Shown: piece after piece, positions 52,255 to 64,000 of the stretch
Layout of the letters: every line of letters begins with the position of its first letter
How positions within the stretch are numbered: the first letter of the stretch is position 1
Made by a program: the position numbers and the translations under genes
Source: Octopus vulgaris
Lineage: Eukaryota
NCBI GenBank assembly: GCA_951406725.2
Contig: OX597821.1
Location: forward strand, 93,434,001 to 93,498,000
Direction of reading: 5' to 3'
DNA: 64,000 nt
Notes under the pieces: generated by a model
What the model was told of the DNA's origin: nothing
The model's database searches: none
The model's input: only the letters and a program-made list of their open reading frames with translations

Positions 52255-52440
52255 TAATAATAACAATAATAATAATAATAATAAAAATAATGGTCTCAAA
52301 TTTTGGCACAAGACCAGCAGTTTCGGGGAAGGGATTAAGTGGATTAAATCGACCCCAGTACTCAAGTGATACTTATTTTATCGACTCCAATAATAATAAA
52401 TAATACAGAATAAGAACAGTGCAGTACGATTTGTAATAAA

Positions 52441-53314
52441 CTAGCAGAATTGCCCGGCGATGCTCGGGGCTGAATTGCTTGAAAGTACTGTTAATGATTG
52501 CACTGAATTATGATGATTATTCAGGCAAATATTGATATAAGTTTACGGTGGGAGATAAGGACTTAACGATCAAACGTGTGCCATTGCATTGTTTTGGGGG
52601 AACCAAATTTCTAATGAGCATTATAGGGGCACCAACTTTAAGTTTGAGAATGTGTGGTGGTAGTCCGGGGGCTCAAAGGAATTGAGTACCTCTATTGGAT
52701 AGTTGATGACGTCCTCTGGGTCAGGAGTTGTATCGATAGACTTATATACATAGACATCCCCAGGAATGATTTTTAGCATTTCATCATTAATATGGTGAAC
52801 AGTTTTATTCCTCGGGGCCAGAATAGCCCTTTGGCCAATCCAATCCATATTCTGATAATTAGCTTGTAGATCTAGGAACACTGCATCTCTGAGATCAGAA
52901 GGCGTTTTAACAATGGTACAAATGGAATCGATGGCAATATTACCATTTTCATCCCCTGGTATTTTGCCTTCGCCAAGTTGGGAGTTAAAAAGGTCGAGTT
53001 GCGTCCCCTAGACAGTCTGTACCAGGAATAGCTGGATATTGATGGAGTTGAGAGTTAAAAAGGTCGAGTTGCGTCCCCTAGACAGTCTGTGGTTTGTGTT
53101 TCTGATTCTCGACCCCATGTCAAATTTATCGATTTTGTTCAGAACTGGGGGAACTTTTCAAAATTTTCGCTGCGTTAGTTTTGAATTATGACATTGGGCT
53201 ATGTGTGTGTCAAGTTTCATCAGAATCGGTTGAAAGCCGTGGTTAGGGTGAGGGTACAACCTAACAGACACACAGACACACAAACAGACAAACTGCCGTT
53301 TATATAGAGAGAGA
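52441..53314 (-). mobile_element. Non-autonomous Helitron carrying a Pif1-helicase fragment
   Basis: Minus strand 5' TC, 3' CTAG with subterminal CCCG..CGGG hairpin, A|T target. Encodes [44 protein letters not shown]. Confidence 0.9.
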
Positions 53315-53559
53315 TACCGAAGGCCGAATAATGACAGAGTTACTGTGCAAATCTACGTCGTCCCACATTTATCTTCACTGCTGCTCCGAGTATTCACATC
53401 ATACAATTAAGTCAAATCCAAAGTCCTAGTTTTTGAGGATAAAACGTATTTGTTTTGACATGCTTTTGTGGACCATTATGTCGAACGCGGTTATAGTGAA
53501 TCAACGATGACAGGAAATCGCAAATGACATAACTGTAATTAGCAATGAAAGTCAAACTT

Positions 53560-54900
53560 TTACACTTAAATTTAACAAGCAAAGTAAAATTTATGACCAA
53601 ATTCCTTTAATGAGTAACTGGCTCCGAAATTTCGCTGGCATTTCAAAGCTATTACATGAAAGTTACCAACATATTTCAGAAAAATATCCTCGCTTCAAAT
53701 AAATATTTCCTCATCCGCCTATTGTCGCCTTTAGACGCAATAAAAATTTAAGAGAACTATTAACCGGTACCTCTAATCGAAATAAAAACTCCATTAGAGT
53801 TTTTGAACGCTGTACCCCGAAAAACAGCTGCAACAAATGTAAGCCCTGTTCATTGAGTAACAATACGAGTCAAGTCAATTCCATCACGAATTATAACAAA
53901 CTAGCAGTATCGCCCGGCGTTGCTCGGGTTTGTAAGGGAAATAACTATATAAGCATTTTTAGAGATGTAAAGTATAATAGCCATCTCAATATGGCTAACC
54001 ACAAAGGGGGTGTTACTGTAGCTTTTTATGTTCTGAGATTTAATAATACATTTTTAGAGAGTTACTTCCCTTATATATGCCAAAAATGCATTCAAAATGG
54101 GAAAAATTGATGGTAAATTTTTTTTTAAATCGTAGACTCATCGTAGACGCGCGCTAATACCCAGAAGGGCTCGATATGAATCACGACTATAAGATACCCG
54201 CTTTTGGTTAAACTGCACCGCAAAATGTGGGAGCAGTTAGGAATCTAAATCGTAGGAGACAGACAGCACACAACCTCACTTTTATATATAAAGATATAAT
54301 GATTTATAGAGAAGATGGGACCTGTGAGGAGGATTTCCATTTGGTGTACGCAACAGAATGCATCAAGCACAGCATGATTAATATTGGTTGTACAACAGAA
54401 CAATTAAATAAAAGATTCAATGGGCATAGATATGACATCAGTAAGTTTGATGGAACTTGCCGAACATTTTATATCGAACAGCTGCAAATTTGGGGAACAA
54501 CTGAAAATACACGTTCTCAAAAAATATTCTGACTCCACTGCACTTTAGTCCTCAAAATACATGAGGATAAATATATTTGTAGATTACTAGAGTTAGACCC
54601 TGGAATAATGAGCAAAATGACAGGAGAATTCCATCACATTTACACAAAACCTTTTGAGTGTTCTGTTTCCAGTTTTCTTCGTTTTTACTTTTCCTTGATA
54701 CCAGTTATGAAATAGTAAAAATTGGATGAAGTCGTTTTGTCTAAAGATCGATGAATATTACAGCTCAAATTTTGAATTTCTGTATTTCAGTGCAGTTTTT
54801 TTTTTATTTTTCATTTTTAACTCAAGGAAGACAGACATACTGTCGAAATATTGTTCAATTCAATAAACAATGTCAATCTCTATTTATTATAAACCTTATC
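53560..54900 (+). mobile_element. Penelope-like element 3' remnant (GIY-YIG), interrupted by a Helitron
   Basis: FPHPPIVAFRRNKNLRELL, CNKCKPC, LVYATEC..IGCTTEQLNKRFNGHRYDI; degenerate hammerhead-like GACAG-acata-CTGTC-GAAATATT at 54830-54852. Confidence 0.8.
53901..54294 (-). mobile_element. Short non-autonomous Helitron
   Basis: 5' TCTTTATATATAAAA, 3' hairpin plus CTAG, inserted between A53900 and T54295 with no TSD. Confidence 0.88.
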
Positions 54901-54956
54901 ACACTCTTCTTATTGTGTATTAGCTTTGTGAAGAATTACGTCAATCTTCAAAACAA

Positions 54957-55039
54957 AGAAGAAGAAGAAGAAGAAGAAGAAGAAGAAGAAGAAGAAGAAG
55001 AAGAAGAAGAAGAACTGAATAATAATAATAATGATGATG

Positions 55040-55110
<71 letters not shown>

Positions 55111-55122
55111 AAGAAGAAGAAG

Positions 55123-55151
<29 letters not shown>
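54957..55151. repeat. (GAA)n-(AAT)n-(AAG)n compound microsatellite
   Basis: Directly visible. Confidence 0.97.
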
Positions 55152-55153
<2 letters not shown>

Positions 55154-55412
55154 GCAAAAGATTGTCTTAACTGGTACATCACACGTATTGAGAAGAGCAT
55201 TGTCGATGTGAGAACTGTTGCTGCTCATGTATTTTAATTTAACTTTAAAAAAAAATTTTTTTTTAAAATGAACGATCTACTGAGTTTGGTTTAATGGCCT
55301 ACCAATATACACTATGAGTTTCTTTGCCCTAGGAGTCGGGAAGACACTCGGCAAGAAATGGAAGAAAATTTGAAAGAAAAAAAAAAAAAATAATAATAAT
55401 AATAATAATAAT
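55152..55412 (+). mobile_element. R4/Dong-clade LINE 3' end, heavily 5'-truncated
   Basis: VQKIVLTGTSHVLRRALSM* matches the R4-type QKxxLxGTxxxLR terminus; followed by a 3' UTR and A-run/(TAA)n tail. Confidence 0.8.
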
Positions 55413-55413
55413 A

Positions 55414-55967
55414 GCCCTGATGCAGTACCAGGCAGTGGCTCTCATGGCTTCTGATCTTAACTGATTGGAAGTGTTATCATGTACATTGTTTTGTCTTGGT
55501 ATAAAAGATGGGCTACAGCAAATATTCTGCTCAATACCACAGATTTGCTTGTCAGTTGTTTGACCTTAACCAGTTGAGCATGTCCCTTAGTGGCTGACGA
55601 TATGTGCATCTCTGATCACGAGCAGAAGTAGTGGGGGAGCATCATAGCCATGTGTTGAGAGGGAGTCTTTGGGGTTTGAATAATTCACCTCTGGAAACAT
55701 GGGTGGTTCTTTCAACATCCTTAAACAATCCTTATTCAGGGACCTTTTGAGCGGGATGGGATACTCAACCTGAAGAAAATTCTAACTGGGCCCCACCTGC
55801 AAGGTCATGTACTGTTTATCTTGATATGAGATCACCATGTCGCGCACATATGCTTGTGATGTATGTGCCTGGTGTACCTTTATCAGACGGGTAGTCATGA
55901 TGGGTATATTGGGCTTCGTATATTTTACCCCAATGTCACTTTGATGGCATGAACTGCTCTCTCACTC
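55414..55967 (+). mobile_element. Family F, full-length reference copy (554 bp)
   Basis: GCCCTGATGCAG..CTCTCTCACTC with (AAT)n on both sides. Confidence 0.92.
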
Positions 55968-56002
55968 AATAATAACAATAATAATAATAATAATAATAAT
56001 TT

Positions 56003-56530
56003 GCCTTGATGCAATACCAGGCAGTGGCTCTCGTGGCTTCTGATCTTAACTGATTGGAAGTGTTATCATGTACATGTTTTGTTTTGGTGTAAAAGAAGGG
56101 CTACAGCAAATATTCTATTCGATACCACATATTTGCTTGTCAGTTGCTTGACCTTAACCATTTGAGCATGTCCCTTAGTGGCTGACGATATGTGCATCTC
56201 TGATCATGAGCAGAAGTAGTGGGGGAGCATCATAGCCATGTGTTGAGAGGAATTCTTTGAGGTTTGAATAATTCACTTCTGGAAACATGGATGTTTCGTT
56301 CATCATTTTTAAACAACCTTTAATTGGGTACTTTTTTGAGCAAGATGGGCTACTCGACCTGAAGAAAGTTCTAACCTGGATGGTCATGCGCTATTTATCA
56401 CCACATCGCGCACATATGGTTGTGATGCATGTGCTGATACCTTTATCAGACGGGTAGTCATGATTGGTATACTGGGCTTCGTATATTTGTACCGTTGGTC
56501 ACTTTGATGTCATGCGCTGCTCCTTCACTC
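56003..56530 (+). mobile_element. Family F, older tandem copy
   Basis: Aligns with the previous copy, with deletions; (AAT)n flanks. Confidence 0.9.
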
Positions 56531-58056
56531 AATAATAGTAATAATAATACTCTCACCCATGTATTGTGTCCATTCAACAGTGTCTTTTAATATCACTTCT
56601 TTGCTTCTTTCTTTTCAGTATCAATGAAGACAGGCGTGCTGCTTTCATTTCCTGCACACTCGTGTACAACACAAACAATTGGGAGCCAAATGGATGTGTT
56701 ATAGCGGGTGACAGATTAAATCCACTACCCAGGTTGACTGTGGCGTGATTTATACTCAAAAGCCAAAGAAAAAATACTGCTAATCCAGCGCCCTTTATCC
56801 GTACTTTTTATCAACCAGATAGGATGCAAAACAGGAACTGGTTTCAGCGGGACTTGAACTCAGAACGCAGAGCAGTGAAACAAATAATGTATGGTATTCT
56901 GATCGACGATCTGGTGACTTTGCCAGTTAACCGAAATAAAATCAGTAGATTTATTCTATTCGTTTAAGAAAAAAATAAGGTTTCGTCTTGCTTTGATCAA
57001 AAATATGTCTCTCAAACACGAGCAATCATGTCAGCATGAATGTCCTTGGGAACTAAGCCCTTTTTTCTGTATGTACTTGATAACGCCACGATACTAAATT
57101 TTGTCCGTCTTCACGAGAAGTCGCTACTAGTTACGTTTGACGTTATCTTTCGATTGTTAGATGTCAATTTACTTGGAAAGAAACAACGCAGCTACTATTA
57201 AGAATAGTTGAAATTAAAGCATACATGATTAATGCAGCTCTAGCATCACTCCTTCAGTCAGCTTATGAAATTTTCAGCTCACCCTCGTACAACAACAAAC
57301 TGTGTAATGAAAAAGAAAGGACGGAAATTTTGAAGAAAGATTAAGTGATAAATATAAAGGCAATAAAAAAAAGTTACTTCATCAGTAAGCATATTTCGAA
57401 TATTTAAGAGAAATTCCTTCACCCACTTGAAAATATAATTTCTGAGGTAGCTAAACTATTTTATAAAACCATTCAGTTAATAAAACAATCAATTTTTTTT
57501 TGTTGCTTGTAAGATAAATAAACTAATTTTCATTTAAATATTTATTAATGAACAACAGTTGAGGAATTATAAAAAGACATGAAAACTTTTTTAATCAAGA
57601 TTAAAAATAATTCACTAAAATTTATCATATTCACTTTGTTTATTTATAAGGAAGTTTGGACTAAGATATTTCGCTGAAATATTACAATACTCTTGTGAAG
57701 AAAGTTTTTTAAAATAATTTTTTTTTTATATACATCTTTGACGTTCAGCTCATCTTAAACAAAAACAGTAATAACCAAGAACAAGTTTACAAGATGGTCA
57801 AATTATAGGCACTATGTCACCACCATAGCTTCTATTCATCTCCAAAATAAAGAAGCCATTAAGCCTCTATTCATCTCTAAAATAAAGACTGTCATCTGAA
57901 ACCAACACTCTACAAAATAAAAATAGAATGGCCGAAAGTAAATGTTACTAAGCTCAAAGGACTAACGTAAACTAGTGTCTGCCAAAGGTTATATACAAAC
58001 AGGTGTCCAACGTTATATAAGGGTAGGTGTCCTAAATTACAGAGAACCTGGTTTAA

Positions 58057-58276
58057 CCCTTTAGCATTCAAACCAGCCATATCTGGCCAAAATATTTAAC
58101 CTGTTTTATATTGAAACTGACCAGATCTCACCTCTCACCTCAGCCCTACAATGTCATTCTAAAACTAAAAAATCACATCACTGAAATCTCTAAACTACAA
58201 GATAATGCAGAATTAATTCAAACCATTTTAAATAAACAAACATCACATTTGACAGAATAATCTGAACACTAAAGGG
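58057..58276. mobile_element. piggyBac-like MITE
   Basis: TTAA|CCCTTTAGCATTCA ... TGAACACTAAAGGG|TTAA. Confidence 0.85.
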
Positions 58277-58599
58277 TTAAGGTCATTTAAAGAAAGACAG
58301 ATGTCTTTACAAACAGGTATCTAAAGATATATAAAACTGATGTCTAAGGTTATATACAAACAAGGAGCCATACGTCTTAAACAAAGACATTTGTATTGCT
58401 GTGATTGCTAACCATAAGTCAGCTTTCATCTAGCAGACCTAAGATCGAATAAATTCCAGCTATGACCAATCGTTTTTCTCTTCTTTTTTTTTCTTCCAAA
58501 TATAATGTAGGACTATATTTTGAAACATGATTTTGAATGAGATTTGGTAACTATTTCTAGCTTGTTATCTATGCTCTTCTAATGGCTTCTCTTCAGTGC

Positions 58600-58632
<33 letters not shown>

Positions 58633-58675
58633 AACTGACAGTCAGACAGACAGTCAGACAGGCAGACAGTCAGTC

Positions 58676-58719
<44 letters not shown>

Positions 58720-60215
58720 TGGAACTCCCTCGTGTATTGTAAATCATAAATGGCTCAGTCAGAACATCTTTTTGACTAAAAGATAATATTTTTTTTTTTT
58801 AATGATATATGAAATGTAATATAGAGAATGAAGAGAATGAAAAACTTAAGTGAGAGTTAAGTATACCAAATAACTGTGATAAGATTTAGTGAGCAAATTT
58901 AATATTCTGTCAGTAACATATGTACAGTATAATGTGACAATAGCAACAGCGATGATAGTGGTGATATATGGAAACCATGGATGCATACAAATGACTGCAT
59001 TTAATAAAGAACAGAATTTTAAATAATTTGACTTAGAATTTAAGTTGATTTATTTATTTTCCTTGCAACTTACGTTTTTCCCCTCTGCTTCTATCTCTAA
59101 CTAGCCTTTATTTTTGCCTACATTCTTGTTCTTGTTCTTCATCTCATTTGTCTTACTTTGTGTGAAATTTGTACATATCTGTGTGTGTGTGTGTGTGCAA
59201 GAATAATAATCAAGTACATATGCTTCTGCATACACACACACACACACACACACACACAACAACAACAACAACAACAACATATATCATCATCATTATTATA
59301 AGTAAAATATTTTAACATGAAGATATGTGTATATATGTATGTGTGTGTATAATTATATATGCATAAACATGTTTTGTGTGTGTGTGTGTGTGTGTGTGCA
59401 TTTAAGAGTGCATGTATGTGCGTATATGTCTAAGAATATACATACACTTGCTTGTTGTTTCTGATAGAAATTAATATCTTTCTTCCAGCATCATCCACTT
59501 TAGCCCTCCATTTCATCAATGTTTTATGTGAGTCTTAGATGAAGAAAAAAAAAAGTATCTACACACCAATATACATACAACAACAGCAACAAGCTGAATA
59601 AAGGTGAAAACTTTTTTTTTTACTAAAAAATAAGTAATAATATAAAACAATAAAACACAGAAATATAATAAAGATACTGAATTAAAATATATTTCAGAAT
59701 TCAAAATTAAAATTTTAAAAAATTAACACCTATTCTGTATCTTTATATCTAATATAATCCTATTTACAGATATATATAATTTCTGTATTTATTCTTGACA
59801 TCATTTCATCTTTAATATTTGTAAAATTTTTTCTGTTATTTGTTTCATTTTCTTGGCTTTTTATTATATTTTTACTAAAAGAATATGAAATAAAATACTT
59901 TTATTAACCATATTGCACTTGGGTTTCAATTTTTTAAAACATTTTTCTTTTTAATCTTTTCATCCAATGATATCATCTCTGGATGTTTACTGCAGCACAT
60001 ATCAAGAGGTAGAAGAGCTGATGTGAATCAAGGTAGATTAAAAGATTATGGTAAGAGTTATGATTGAGATATTGATTAATAAAATAAAGATAAAAGATAT
60101 ATAAGTTAAAAGTGTGGTGGTGTTTCCTTAATAAAGTTTGAACATAATTGAACGCATCACACAACTTAACATTCATCTGTGAGAATATTGTATATTACAA
60201 TTTCACTCAGGTTGT

Positions 60216-60265
<50 letters not shown>

Positions 60266-60318
60266 GTATGTGTATGTATGTGTATATATATGTGTGTGTG
60301 TGTATGTGCGTATATATA

Positions 60319-60430
60319 TATATATATCTAAAGGCCAATATTTATGTGTGTATATACATATTCATATATATATATATATATATATAAATATGTATATACA
60401 CACATAAATATTGGCCTTTAGATATATATA
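60319..60430. repeat. Palindrome centred on an (AT)n tract
   Basis: ATCTAAAGGCCAATATTTATGTGTG.. is mirrored by ..CACACATAAATATTGGCCTTTAGAT. Confidence 0.92.
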
Positions 60431-60477
60431 GATGTGTATACATACATATATTTATATGGCATACATACATGCAAACG

Positions 60478-60523
<46 letters not shown>

Positions 60524-61588
60524 CGTGTGTACCTCTGCATACTTATAGGAATATATATATACTTCTGTTTCAAACACATAAGTAGATGTCCACAACTTTC
60601 TACAAATGCACATTTACATACACATTTATTTGCTTGTTTGTTTGTTGTTTTTTCTCTATCTTGTTCTATTGATTTCCTCTTTGCTGGATGTTATTAAATT
60701 TTATGGTATTAAAGTTGTTTAAATCCTGTATGCCATCGGGCATTTCTGTCATCTCATTTCTTCCATTTTAAAGAACTCAGACTCAGCTATTGAGGAAAAC
60801 TCTTTGAGATGCAAATGATAACCAGGTGCAAAACAAAACAAGGGGTGAGAGTTTCGATTCCCCGCACATCAGCCAAGCCTCTTTATAATGGCATTGCAGA
60901 ACGCCCATGCACCTTTAATTCCATTTTAATGCATTCAGATAAACTGAACGTAATTGCATATAAATTTTGGCAAAATTAAATTTAATGCCTCTTTTCCTTT
61001 CACAACGCTTGTTACGATCTGAAAAATTAATCCTTTATCTTAAAAGGAATTCACAACAATTTTCAGAAATTTAGCAATGAAGTGGAGGGAATAAATTTAG
61101 AAAATACTTGAAAGTGAAAGTAAAAAATTGAAGAAGAAATTTTGAAAGAAATAAACAGAAAATGATGCTGTGAATGCAGAATCTTTCTACTGTGAAAAGT
61201 GTCTTTTTAGTAAAAGATTTTCATAGGAAGAACTAATTCTCTTGTTGTCTGTTGCCGCCATCCAATTGGTTCATTTGATAAATAGATTTGGCTAAATTTG
61301 TGAAAGAACAAGCTTTGAAGATTCGGTTTAGGCCGGTGGAGTTACTTTACTGAATAACAACATATTATTGTGATGGAAATGTAATCATTAATAGAAATCA
61401 ATTTGACTGACTTTTACGTAGAAATACTCACATAGATAAAGTTTCTGTGCACATAGACATCTAGACATATACATACACAAGCACACACTCTCATATGAAC
61501 ACACTCGTGATTGTATATACATGTGTGCACAAGAATGTACATGTGTGTGTTTGTGTAAGCATGTGCATGTGTAACTTAGTGCTCATGT

Positions 61589-61632
<44 letters not shown>

Positions 61633-61923
61633 TGTCTATACGCAAATACAGGCACAAATTCATGGCTAAATGAATATGTACACATGCACGTATGTAGGTA
61701 TATGGAGACCTATAGCAATCAACATGTAAATAACATACATTGTATAATAAATGAGCTATTATACAGGTAAACCTCATAATTCTATCTATTTACATCTGTG
61801 TGTGAGACTTTTTAGGACATACACACTTCTCCAGCTTGTGTATTTGCCTCCTTTTTTTATAAGTATGAAGATACATGTGTGCATTTAAGAAGGAAAGAAG
61901 ATCGGGGATTTTTCTGTATATAT

Positions 61924-61971
<48 letters not shown>

Positions 61972-62140
61972 GTATGTATGTATGTATATTTGAATGTATA
62001 TACATGTATATGTATATATACATGCATACATATATATGCCTATATACACACATGTACATACATACCTCACACTAATGAAAACTATGTGCTTTCATGCAAT
62101 TTATATATACACACACAAACACACTAAAATGTGTGAACAT

Positions 62141-62188
<48 letters not shown>

Positions 62189-63791
62189 ATCAATGCATAT
62201 ATTCCTTTGATAACAAGATAAAATACATTCTGAAGAACTCTGATTTACATCCGTTGAGGCTGAATGGCGACAGTTGCAAATTTAAATGTTTATTCCATCA
62301 ATTTATTTTCACCTAAATTCTGCTATAAAATGTTTCAAATGTATTCGTTAGTGCCTTGTAAAATGTTATTTCAACTTATATATATTTTCTTTTTTTTTTA
62401 CATATTTTATTTTATTATTCTTTATTAATCAAGCAAATCCCTTGGCCATGCTAAACACATTAAAGCAATTTTAAGCGTCTTGTCGTGTCGTAACATGTAT
62501 GCATCTTCTGACAGAATATTTACCAATCAGCAGACATAATTTTGGCATATGTATTCATTGATCCCAACTTGCTAAGTAATCGGTCGAATTTCTCATTGGC
62601 AGTTCAGTAGGTTCTTTGTTTCTGTATTTCAGAAGTAATTCTTCTCTTCATGTCAAAGTTATATGGTGTATTATCACAAGAGAGAAAAAGAAGCATCCTT
62701 ATCTCTTTCAAAAGTTCAAAGAACCAAAAAGAAGTCATGAAAAATGTATTCAGAATTTTCTTCTTTTTTTTTTTTCTGATAAATGTCTTTTACCCACCTT
62801 GGCTCAGTCGAAATTTCACAGCAATAAGCAGATGAAAGACAAATTTCTCACAGGCTAGGATACCAGGCTATTACAAGCAATATTCTCCACTGACAAATGT
62901 CACTTATGTCAAAAACAAAGTGAAATCAAAATTATAAGTACTACTAGTATACAACTGCCTGCAGGAGGTTTGATCTAAAATCATTTTGTTGGTAGTTTAT
63001 CTTAAAAGCATAACCATTGCACCTAGAAACATTGTTTTTATTTTTACTGATAAAATATTTTAGAAAACCAAGTTGTTTCATAATTTGGTCTCAGCCTGAT
63101 TTTGGCACTAGTTAAAGGATAAAATAAAGCTTACTTTAACTCGTGGTGTTCTAGATTGTCTTTAAAACCATTTCAAACTTCTTTGCCAACCAATTCTGTA
63201 TTGTTATAAAACTTATGTAGCTGGTGTCAAACTGTTACAAACTTTTATAATGGAGGAAAATAAGAAATATGACTACACTGAAATTGATATATTGAGGGAA
63301 TAAATATTTAAATTCACTTATTGCTATAGATGAAAGCAGAGATTTAGCAAAAATGGATCTATAACATTTTTCTCCAACTCATTGACAACTAAACTCACAA
63401 TACAGTTAAAGATCTGATAACTGCCAGTATTAACTTTAAAAGAAAGTATGCTGTGTTCATAAAAATTATATTAAAAAGTTCAAAGAGAGCAAGTATGCAT
63501 TATTCAGCATGTAATTCCACACATGCAAACAGGTGTATATTTAGGTCATGTTATTTAAATATTCAACACTGTTTCTGGCTCTCTCACATTTTTTTTTTCA
63601 CTATTTTATAAGCAGTATAGTCTAAATTGTAGGCAATTTATTTTATCAAATGATTTTTCGAGTTGTACTTATTAAAATGATCTGCACATGGGAGTTTACT
63701 GTCCATGAATGCCACCTGTATATATGCCAGGCCTAGGTAGGTAAGGCAGTTAGTGCTAGCTAGACTATAACTATAATTATTCATTATGAAA

Positions 63792-64000
63792 CATCATCTT
63801 TTAGCGTCCGCTTTCCATGCTAGCATGGGTTGGATGGTTCAGCAGCGGTCTGGGAAGCCAGAAGGCTGCACCAGGCTCCAGTCTGATCTGGCAGTGTTTC
63901 TACAGCTGGATGCCCTTCCTAACACCAACCACTCCGAGAGTGTAGTGGGTGCTTTTTACGTACCACTGGCACAGGTGCCAGACGAGGCTGGCAAACGGCC
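63792..64000 (-). mobile_element. Family E repeat, runs off the window end
   Basis: CATCATC..GCGTCCGCTTTCCATGCTAGCATGGGTTGG..GCTGGATGCCCTTCCT. Confidence 0.8.

Overview
AT-rich, microsatellite-saturated metazoan DNA, intronic or intergenic. The SINE families and repeat style point to a cephalopod, most likely Octopus (inference). I cannot support any host protein-coding gene, and most listed ORFs are translations of simple repeats. The window is a layered transposon landscape. It holds a full-length Tx1-clade LINE with an 18-bp TSD plus an older copy, RTE, R4/Dong and CRE LINE remnants, and two Penelope-like (GIY-YIG) remnants. It also holds several SINE families, Tc1, mariner, Tigger/pogo, Merlin-like and piggyBac-like DNA elements, and two non-autonomous Helitrons. 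Most notable signals: (1) hammerhead-ribozyme-bearing elements inserted in (TA)n tracts, including a ~455-bp palindrome with an intact-looking type I hammerhead on each strand; (2) a ~554-bp non-coding retroposon always tailed by (AAT)n beside R4/Dong remnants, one copy of which produced an 18-unit minisatellite; (3) a SINE sharing its 3' tail with the Tx1 LINE. All alignments, translations and folds were done by eye.
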